Shown piece after piece: positions 1 to 6,889 of a DNA stretch of 32,000 nt. The notes beneath the pieces are model-generated. The model saw only the letters and a program-made list of their open reading frames with translations. It did no database searches and was not told the origin of the DNA. The position numbers were made by a program, and so were the translations under genes. The DNA comes from Copranaerobaculum intestinale. Lineage in GTDB: Bacteria > Bacillota_I > Bacilli_A > Erysipelotrichales > Erysipelotrichaceae. Position 1 is the first letter of the stretch, and every line of letters begins with the position of its first letter. The stretch covers positions 1 to 32,000 of the forward strand of contig NZ_WUUQ01000005.1 in NCBI RefSeq assembly GCF_009831105.1, written 5' to 3'.

Positions 1-516
1 AGGGTTTTTCCTTACACAATCGTCTTGTATGGCGATATAGAATGACGCTTTTAACGAGCGTTTATGGTTGTTAATGGTGTTATAGGAAAAGCCTTTGTCT
101 TTCATGCGTAAAGCCCATTCTTTAGCGTCAGAGGGTTTGATTGTATCAATGCTCCTAGCACCTAACTTGTCCTTTTTCAATAACCGCATGAGCTGTTCCC
201 GTTGTTTTATTGTGCTTTTCTTCACGTTTGCCCTCTGTGCGTTCTGTTTGGCGTAGAGTTGGCAAAGTGTCATTTTCTTGCCTGTGCTGTCGATACCGTC
301 CTCAATATCCCGTCTTATCTGCTGTTCCAGTTCACGAAGTGAGGGTTTTTCCCGTTTTCCCTTTGGTGTCGGGTCTGTGGGTGTCAATCTCCAAGCATAC
401 ACATATTTTGTGTTTCCAAATGCGTCCACATATTTATATAAGTATTTTCCGTCTGTTCGTTGGCTCTCTCCAGTATGCAGGATGCGTCCTTTGATATCCC
501 GTCTTTTTTCTTTCAT
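1..516 (-). CDS. int: Tyrosine recombinase of the Tn916 Int family. Only the N-terminal 172 aa are present; the 3' part lies beyond the window edge.
   Basis: The minus-strand reading frame is open from the ATG at 516-514 to position 1, preceded by a GGAAAGGAG RBS. The translation MKEKRRDIKGRILHTGESQRTDGKYLYKYVD...KMTLCQLYAKQNAQR...SIDTIKPSDAKEWA...NNHKRSLKASFYIAIQDDCVRKNP closely resembles Int-Tn916 as I recall it. The ORF track omits it because no stop codon falls inside the window. Confidence 0.9.
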   Translation of the reverse strand, partial: MKEKRRDIKGRILHTGESQRTDGKYLYKYVDAFGNTKYVYAWRLTPTDPTPKGKREKPSLRELEQQIRRDIEDGIDSTGKKMTLCQLYAKQNAQRANVKKSTIKQREQLMRLLKKDKLGARSIDTIKPSDAKEWALRMKDKGFSYNTINNHKRSLKASFYIAIQDDCVRKNP

Positions 517-594
517 GGTGTCTGCTCCTTTCCTTGTTGGAAAGAGCCTTGATATGACTTGTGTTCATCATAACACATACAAGGCTCATTTGCA

Positions 595-798
595 TTAGAT
601 TGCGTCCAATTTATCAATAACCTGTTCAAACTGTCGGCGTTTAATCTGTATGCGGTTGCCATTCATAATGAGCCAGCCAGCGTCCTTGTTTTCCTCTGCC
701 AATCGTCTTAACTTGTTTTCTCCGATACGGAAATACTTAGACGCTTCTTCAATGGTAAGGGTGTATTTTTCCCATACGGGAATATCGTTGTTATTCAT
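595..798 (-). CDS. xis: Excisionase, Tn916 Xis family
   Basis: The 67-aa product contains [32 protein letters not shown]...[13 protein letters not shown], nearly matching Xis-Tn916 as I recall it. Its ATG overlaps the rep stop codon (ATGA at 795-800). Confidence 0.9.
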   Translation of the reverse strand: MNNNDIPVWEKYTLTIEEASKYFRIGENKLRRLAEENKDAGWLIMNGNRIQIKRRQFEQVIDKLDAI

Positions 799-1808
799 CA
801 GATACCCCCTTTCCCATGTTTTGTGTCATACTGGATATAAGGGATAAGGTCGGTGCGGTTTATCCTCTGTAAATGGGCGGTTAGTTTACTGGAAAGGGAA
901 TTGCTGTATCTTGCCTTATCAAGCATAGTTCCCACTTTTTCCAATCCACCTAATGCGTCATGTTCTTCTAAGAAGTAAAAACTTTTGACAGCGGAAATCA
1001 CGCCACCCTCTGTAAGCCATTGCTGTGTTTCCTCAAGGGAATTTTGCTGGTTTGGTACTTGCAGTTTCAAGACTTCCACAGCCCCTAAAAAGCGTTCCCA
1101 AAACCGACACGTTTTCCATCTGCTTTTATTACTTTCGTTTCTGTTTGGCACGACAAAGCGTAGGTTGTTTGACAATAGCCCGAAAGCCAGTTCTCCCAGT
1201 TCCAGCGGTCTGTCTTTGAATGTCATGGCAAAAGCATGAGCCTTATCATCACGCAGTTGCATTTCTGTCCGTTTCCAACTGCCGACTTCATCAAGTGTCT
1301 TATTATGTTTTGAACAGACTTCCTTATCCTTATCATAAAAGCGGTAGGACAATCCCGATTTACCAGCACCGATATAAACTGTCTTTGCGGTATCGAAATC
1401 GTCAAACTTGCTTTCGTCAAAGTGGTAGCCCTCACTATTCGAGATAAATTCCTCTTTTTCGCATTTCTTCTTTATCTGCTCTATGGTAAAGAATGGCTTT
1501 TCGTTCTTATCATCAATGGCAATATCAAGCCTTGTGAAGTGGAAATTATCCAGTCCGTATCTTCGCTCACAACGTCGGAACATATCCCCAAAGGTATAAT
1601 TCCTACTGTCGAGAATACGGAAAATATCATCACAACCTCTGCCAGTCATAACAAGATAACAGCCTAGCCCTTGTGGGTTATCCTCTGTCTTTCTTGCGTC
1701 CCCCGATACATAAATATCTCCAATCTGCCAGCGTGCTTGATAGGTTTTGTATTTAACGCTTGCCGGATAGACATTGAAAAGGTCAGTCGGTAAACCTAAA
1801 ATGTGCAT
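798..1808 (-). CDS. Rep_trans-type replication initiator / relaxase, Tn916 Orf20-like. The true 5' end probably lies upstream of 1808.
   Basis: The motif [11 protein letters not shown] and the overall layout are typical of rolling-circle Rep_trans proteins. The gene sits directly upstream of xis-int. The in-frame upstream sequence encodes KIDYISIVFD, which is the conserved first Rep_trans motif. Confidence 0.8.
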   Translation of the reverse strand: MHILGLPTDLFNVYPASVKYKTYQARWQIGDIYVSGDARKTEDNPQGLGCYLVMTGRGCDDIFRILDSRNYTFGDMFRRCERRYGLDNFHFTRLDIAIDDKNEKPFFTIEQIKKKCEKEEFISNSEGYHFDESKFDDFDTAKTVYIGAGKSGLSYRFYDKDKEVCSKHNKTLDEVGSWKRTEMQLRDDKAHAFAMTFKDRPLELGELAFGLLSNNLRFVVPNRNESNKSRWKTCRFWERFLGAVEVLKLQVPNQQNSLEETQQWLTEGGVISAVKSFYFLEEHDALGGLEKVGTMLDKARYSNSLSSKLTAHLQRINRTDLIPYIQYDTKHGKGGI

Positions 1809-2276
1809 GATGACATCTTCTGCGGTTGCAGTATCAAATACAATACTGATGTAATCAATCTTAACGGATAAATTTTTGTGTGTAGTTATAGTGCATTACT
1901 CCTTTCGTACTTCCCGTTTTTTTGCGGGGTAAAAATCGTGTTTTGTCCTTTATTTATCACAGTTTCTAGGTACTATGACATGTATGCGCAGGGCGGTGTT
2001 ACATATACGCCCTATGCGTTCGCCGAAAGGCGTTCCCTTTCTTCCTGTGTCTGATCCGTTCTTAACACTCACGAGCCTTGTAAGGCTCGTGGCTAAACGG
2101 AACAGCCCCAGTCAGAAACCCGATTTTCAGTCTGATAGTCCATGCCTTTTCATGCTATCAAAGTGAAAATATATATTTTATATGCTTATTCAAGCTTGTG
2201 ATTGACCCTAGCGTGCTTAATCACTCTATCTGATACGATAATAACGTCATTAGAATTACTTGTCAAGAAGTTTTTA

Positions 2277-2305
2277 TTGACTTTTGGACATATATTAAGT
2301 ATGAT
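2277..2305 (+). promoter_or_regulatory. Sigma-A-like promoter for the XRE regulator gene
   Basis: TTGACT at 2277-2282, a 17-nt spacer, then TATGAT at 2300-2305, about 50 nt upstream of the ATG at 2356. Confidence 0.5.
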
Positions 2306-2355
2306 ATGCTTATAAATACCAAGAAAAGCAACGAAAGGAGCGGTTGTACTAAGTT

Positions 2356-3027
2356 ATGGAGGGTTATATAAAGAAAATCAGTTTCTTAGGAGAGAACATA
2401 CAAACCATAAGAAAACACAGGAAAATGAAACAACAGGAGCTTGCGGACAAAATCGGTATCAATATGCAGAGCCTTTCCAAGATTGAACGTGGTGTGAATT
2501 ATCCTACCTTTGATACGTTGGAAAAGATAATGGACGTGCTAGGAGTAACGCCCAATGAATTATTGTCGGGAGAATGGAAGTATATCGACCACACCGAGCC
2601 ATATATCATGGACGTTATCAAACGGGAACAGGATTTTAATGTTTCTTTAGATTATCTGTCTGAAAATGAATTTTTCAATGACGAAAGAGAATGTAGATTT
2701 TACATGGAATATAAACTCATACAGTATATTCATAACTACATTACCAATGAGGTTACGGAGTTGGAAGAACTTATGGAAATCAAGCAGTTGATACAGCGTC
2801 AGAAATTGGAACGCATGATGAAAGTGCATAAGGAAATGCGAGGTTTAGACCGATACAGAGAACAGCCCAAAGAATATAAATACCACGACCCTTATGATGA
2901 TTGGATATTCCGTCAGCTTGCGGATATTGACAACAGAAACAATATTCCCGACACTTCCCCACAATCAGATTTCAATGAGGCGGACTATGATGATTATCTA
3001 AAGGAGAAATGGAACAGAGGACTTTGA
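2356..3027 (+). CDS. XRE-family helix-turn-helix transcriptional regulator with an uncharacterised C-terminal half
   Basis: The N-terminal HTH_3 signature is LGENIQTIRKHRKMKQQELADKIGINMQSLSKIERGVNYPTFDTLEKIMDVLGVTPNELL. The gene is divergent from the rep-xis-int module. Confidence 0.8.
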   Translation: MEGYIKKISFLGENIQTIRKHRKMKQQELADKIGINMQSLSKIERGVNYPTFDTLEKIMDVLGVTPNELLSGEWKYIDHTEPYIMDVIKREQDFNVSLDYLSENEFFNDERECRFYMEYKLIQYIHNYITNEVTELEELMEIKQLIQRQKLERMMKVHKEMRGLDRYREQPKEYKYHDPYDDWIFRQLADIDNRNNIPDTSPQSDFNEADYDDYLKEKWNRGL

Positions 3028-3056
3028 TTTTCCTCTTGCATAAAAAATACAGCAAA

Positions 3057-3125
3057 TAAAAAGCCCAGTAAAGAGTGCAAAGCACCACCAATGGTGGCAA
3101 GCTCTTGACAGGGCTTTTTCTTTTC
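3057..3125 (+). terminator. Rho-independent terminator-like compound hairpin
   Basis: AAAAAGCCCAGTAAAGAG...CTCTTGACAGGGCTTTTTC forms an imperfect long stem with an inner CACCA/TGGTG hairpin, followed by a T-run. Confidence 0.55.
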
Positions 3126-3370
3126 TGTGGTGGGTAATCAAGAGGAAGAAAGAAAAAGTGTGTATTTTCAATGCAGAAAATATTTAAAGGGTATGCTGAT
3201 TTTTATTGTGGCGGATATATGGAACTGTTATAATATGGTATGAAGAAAAGGACAAATTAGAAGTTTAATTATATATAATTATAATCTTGATAGAATTAAA
3301 GAGTTACTTTTAAAATATATAGGGAAAACAATTGATGTTGTTGATTAATGAAGTGAAAGAAGGTTGGAGT

Positions 3371-3751
3371 ATGGGTTTTTTATTTGGAAGAAAAAAGAAA
3401 GAAAAAAAGCATGAGGTGATAAGCATTTCGGGAACACAATTGTGTGATCTTTTAACAAAAGCTGTATCGTTGGCTACTGAAGACGTAGAAGCAAAGTGTT
3501 ATAGTACTGGACCAGAAATAATGTTTGAGTATAATGGAAATGTTCATTTTATGGGAATTAAGTATGATAAAAAAAGAGCAAAAACTGAGAAAAGAATTAC
3601 ATTTTCAAATGAATTGATGACAGTGTATATTGATAAACAATCTTTTTCTACAGTGGAAGAATTGCGTATGCAGGCAACGATTGACGGTGAATTTCTATCA
3701 AATATCTCAGCAGGAATTATTGTAGCCCCTGAATATAATGAATTGTTATAA
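3371..3751 (+). CDS. Hypothetical protein with no recognisable domain
   Basis: The track ORF is 3332..3751. The internal ATG at 3371 follows an AAGGTTGGAG RBS. The product starts MGFLFGRKKKEKKHEV, a lysine-rich N-terminus. AT-rich codon usage matches the island. Confidence 0.45.
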   Translation: MGFLFGRKKKEKKHEVISISGTQLCDLLTKAVSLATEDVEAKCYSTGPEIMFEYNGNVHFMGIKYDKKRAKTEKRITFSNELMTVYIDKQSFSTVEELRMQATIDGEFLSNISAGIIVAPEYNELL

Positions 3752-3972
3752 AATCAGTATAGACATTATGGAAGATTAGTAATGATGATGAGAAGTTACG
3801 AGGTATAGCAATGGGATGATATGCTGTATCAAGCCGTATTGAAATGATTACACTTGCTATTTTATCAACGGCTATTTTATCAAGTATATTGGGGAAATAG
3901 CAAGAAATTCCAGTTTGACAATTTCATATCCATGCACACAAAGCAGTTAGTCTTAGGATTGACTGCTTTTAA

Positions 3973-4004
3973 AAAGACACCATTTAGGTGTAATGGTGTC
4001 TTTT
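3973..4004. terminator. Strong bidirectional rho-independent terminator
   Basis: A perfect 11-bp stem, AAAGACACCAT (3973-3983) paired with ATGGTGTCTTT (3993-4003), encloses a 9-nt loop. It is flanked by an A-run upstream and a T-run downstream. Confidence 0.7.
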
Positions 4005-4195
4005 GGGTGTTATTATAATGGTCATATCAAGGCTCATTCAATCGTGGTAAATTCGTGGTAAAATGAATGATTTTCTATACTGCAAAATACTTGAAAGTAT
4101 AGTGTTTATGCGGATAATCAAAAATTAGATATAAAATTTAAATATAACTCTTTGTAATAAGTGCTGGAGTATATCATTATTCGGATGAGTATGAT

Positions 4196-4654
4196 GTGGG
4201 GAATACACCTTATGTGTCTGCTTCTAACATGAATAATGGAATACAACAAAGAATAAATCTAGATCCAGATTTTAAAGGGAATTGCATTGTTACTGGAAAA
4301 GTTGGATGTACTTGTTTTTATCAATCTGAGGATTTTTGTGCTACAAGTGATGTGAATATATTTAGACCAAGAGCATTTAATTTGAATAGAAAAATAGGCT
4401 TATTTATAGTTTCTATAATTAATTTTAGTGAGAATTATAAATGGAATTATGGTAGGCAGTGCAGAATTGGAGACAGCAAAAAAATTAATATAAAATTACC
4501 AGTAAAAATGGTTGAAAATGAATATATAATAGATCCAAATAAAGAGTTTTCTGAAGAAGGATATATGCCCGATTTCAATTTCATAGAAAATTTTATGGAA
4601 GATGTAGAAAATGCAGAGAGAGGAAGAGTGAAAGATTTGCTAAAAATAATTTAG
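4196..4654 (+). pseudogene. Type I restriction-modification specificity subunit (HsdS) fragment with a single target-recognition domain
   Basis: NTPYVSASNMNNGIQQ...NCIVTGKVGCTCFYQSEDFCATSDVNIFRP...LNRKIGLFIVSII...KWNYGRQCRIGDSKKINIKLPV resembles one Methylase_S TRD. It has a GTG start, no convincing RBS, and an in-frame stop only about 16 codons upstream. No hsdM or hsdR gene is nearby. Confidence 0.45.
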
Positions 4655-5388
4655 CGAAAATGAATGTTTTCATATGCATTATTTGAAGACTAGTTGAATT
4701 TAATAAATTCGAAAAAACAATACAAAAAAGCTTATTCCTAAAGTTTCTAATCTGAATTTAAATAGACTATATTTTAGATATGATGAAATAATTACCACTA
4801 CTTATAATAGTGATGATGATCATATACAATTAACAAAATTAGAGTTTAAAGAGAATGAGGATTTTAGTCGTCTTAGTATATCAGAAGTAGTTGAATTAAA
4901 TAAAGAGGTTTCAATTATATCAGAATTAGATTTTGATATACCATCTATTCAACGAAGTTTTGAATGTTTTACTTTTTTGAGTGTACAAAAAAAATTTAAA
5001 AATGAGGAATAAATTGGCTTATAATTCTGCATCCAATAAATTTTCTAACAATATAGAGATCGATTTATTTTCGTGTGAAAATATAGAAAAGTTTGTATAC
5101 ACATAAACGATACCAGAATTGAAAGGTGTGGACGTTGCATTGATGGATGATGAAACAATAAAAGTTGCTTCTAATCTATATCATCTAATGGAAATAAATA
5201 GTAAATTAGATGAAATATAAAATGATTTTAATATTTGAAAGGACTAGTATTGATATAACAATTTTAGATTTATGCTATATCTTTTTTAATTGAAGAGTGA
5301 TTTGAAAAATATGTCATAGTTTGATTTCAAATTAATCATTCTAATGATGAAAGCTTGTGAACACTGGGCCTATAAATTTACGTATTGA

Positions 5389-5461
5389 TTGGTTAAATAA
5401 TTGGTTAAATAATTGGTTAAATATTAGGTAAATTCGCATTTCTAACCAATATTTAACCATT
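5389..5461. repeat. Iteron-like array: three tandem 12-bp TTGGTTAAATAA/T units, one degenerate unit, and an inverted copy
   Basis: TTGGTTAAATAA occurs at 5389-5400 and 5401-5412, and TTGGTTAAATAT at 5413-5424, followed by TAGGTAAAT. AACCAATATTTAACCA at about 5444-5460 contains the exact reverse complement of TGGTTAAATATT. Confidence 0.85.
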
Positions 5462-5574
5462 TAATTATGTGTTTGAAAATAGATATTTTCTATTATGTTT
5501 TATTATTCATTGATTAATTAACTGTCATTTAGATCTTGTTATAATAAACAAAATTATACGATATATTATCATGG

Positions 5575-5596
5575 ACTTTGAGTACACTTTGAGTGC
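5575..5596. repeat. Two ACTTTGAGT direct repeats with 11-bp phasing; possible operator
   Basis: ACTTTGAGT occurs at 5575-5583 and 5586-5594. The pair lies about 30 nt downstream of an extended -10 element, TGTTATAAT at 5537-5545. Confidence 0.6.
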
Positions 5597-5815
5597 AAAA
5601 ATTTTGACAGCCAGTTAAAAATAGAATAATAATGATATATTTTGCATGAAAACCTCAATTTTGGTAATAAAACATGTATGAAATCTTATTTTAAATCGAG
5701 TGGGAGTAGTGGACAGTGAATTCCTTTCAAAAAATCAAATTGATGTCTTTTTATGCATGATAAAAAGTCTATTCCATTCACATAGTAACACATATAATAG
5801 AATGAGGTGTTACTT

Positions 5816-6775
5816 ATGGATGAAAATCAACATCATAAAATTCTGGAAGTTAAGCATGCTTATGAAGATGAATTATTAGCATTGAAAGATGTGCATGCAG
5901 TAAGTATTGGCTACAAGGAAGTTAACGGTGTAAAAACAGATACACTAGCTATTGTGATACACACAAAACAAAAAGAAGAGGAGGCATACTTAGATTCTGA
6001 TCAAATCATACCACCTTTTATTGAAGGTATTCCAACCGATGTTGTTGAAATTCCTCCTTTTGATTATATTCCGACAGAATTTGATGAAGATGAGATAAAT
6101 CCCTCTAACATAGATGGTAAAAAATATCGGCCAGTACCTGGTGGGGTTGAAATTTATATGCCCCGAACAGAAGTAAATGGCGGTATCTGCACATCAGGTA
6201 TGTATGCACAATCAATAAAAGAAGGTGATTCCGCTTCTGATCTTTATCTTTTAACAAATGCCCACTGTTTACGGGAAGTGAATCAAGCAGTCATGCAGCC
6301 TATTTCGGATAATCCTGAAGAACTAATCGCATTCTCTTCAAGAGTTATCGATAACAATCGTATTGACGGCGGTATCGCAAAGATGACCAGCTATGAGAAT
6401 GCTGACCCTTTTACAATCGTTGATTTGGGACAGATAACGGGTGTTTATGACATTACGATTGATAATCTTGGCGAAAAGGTCGTGAAACGAGGTCGAACAA
6501 GTGGTATAACGATAGGTATTATAGATTATGTTTTTGTTACAATCATCGATAAAAAAGATCAAATCGTGGTAAGAGGAGAAGTACCGTTTGCGGAACCTGG
6601 CGATTCAGGATCAGCAGTCCTTATGTATGAGGGGGAACACGGAAATAATGTAATGGGTTTACTTTGGGGCGGTGTATTGAATTATGCGATTCTATCCCCA
6701 ATTCGAGCAGTTTCCGAAGAACTTGAAATTGCGTTAATTACAACTGATCTTCCTATTTTTCAATTTGAACAGTGA
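5816..6775 (+). CDS. Chymotrypsin-fold (S1 family) serine protease with an N-terminal prodomain-like region and no signal peptide
   Basis: The catalytic motifs are LLTNAHCL (His), IDGGIAKM (candidate Asp) and GDSGSAV (Ser). The ATG at 5816 lies 7 nt after a GAGGTG RBS; the track ORF begins at a GTG at 5807. The N-terminus MDENQHHKILEVKHAYEDE is hydrophilic. Confidence 0.75.
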   Translation: MDENQHHKILEVKHAYEDELLALKDVHAVSIGYKEVNGVKTDTLAIVIHTKQKEEEAYLDSDQIIPPFIEGIPTDVVEIPPFDYIPTEFDEDEINPSNIDGKKYRPVPGGVEIYMPRTEVNGGICTSGMYAQSIKEGDSASDLYLLTNAHCLREVNQAVMQPISDNPEELIAFSSRVIDNNRIDGGIAKMTSYENADPFTIVDLGQITGVYDITIDNLGEKVVKRGRTSGITIGIIDYVFVTIIDKKDQIVVRGEVPFAEPGDSGSAVLMYEGEHGNNVMGLLWGGVLNYAILSPIRAVSEELEIALITTDLPIFQFEQ

Positions 6776-6780
6776 ATTTG

Positions 6781-6803
6781 AGGTATCTAATGGGATACCT
6801 TTT
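6781..6803 (+). terminator. Rho-independent terminator-like hairpin after the protease gene
   Basis: AGGTATC (6781-6787) pairs with GATACCT (6794-6800) around a 6-nt loop, followed by TTTT. Confidence 0.5.
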
Positions 6804-6889
6804 CATATGGTTAAGCAATACGTTATATATTTATATCTAACAAAGATTATGGTAAACTTTACATATACATAAAATTAGGAGAGCGCAAA

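Larger units (their letters stand above)
1..3130. mobile_element. Recombination and mobilisation end of a Tn916-family integrative (probably mobilisable) element. The left end is outside the window and the right boundary is approximate.
   Basis: The int-xis-rep order matches Tn916-family modules, with a divergent XRE regulator alongside. Base composition drops sharply to AT-rich after about 3130. Confidence 0.7.

Noticed and set aside
210-598. Plus-strand track ORFs 210..494 and 278..598
   Set aside because: They lie antisense to a reading frame that translates into an unmistakable Tn916-type integrase N-terminus. Their products are low-complexity Cys/Ser/Val-rich strings with no RBS.
1975-2166. 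63-aa plus-strand ORF in the rep-XRE intergenic region
   Set aside because: It has no RBS and an Arg/Pro/Ser-rich composition. The DNA is better explained as a hairpin-rich origin or oriT-type region.
5389-5461. CRISPR array
   Set aside because: The repeats are only 12 bp, directly abutting with no spacers. No cas genes occur in the window, and no other CRISPR-like periodicity was seen.
6776-6889. Possible purine or guanine riboswitch in the leader of the guaA-like gene
   Set aside because: I could not find the conserved purine-riboswitch three-way-junction core. The only clear structure is a terminator-like hairpin belonging to the upstream protease gene.
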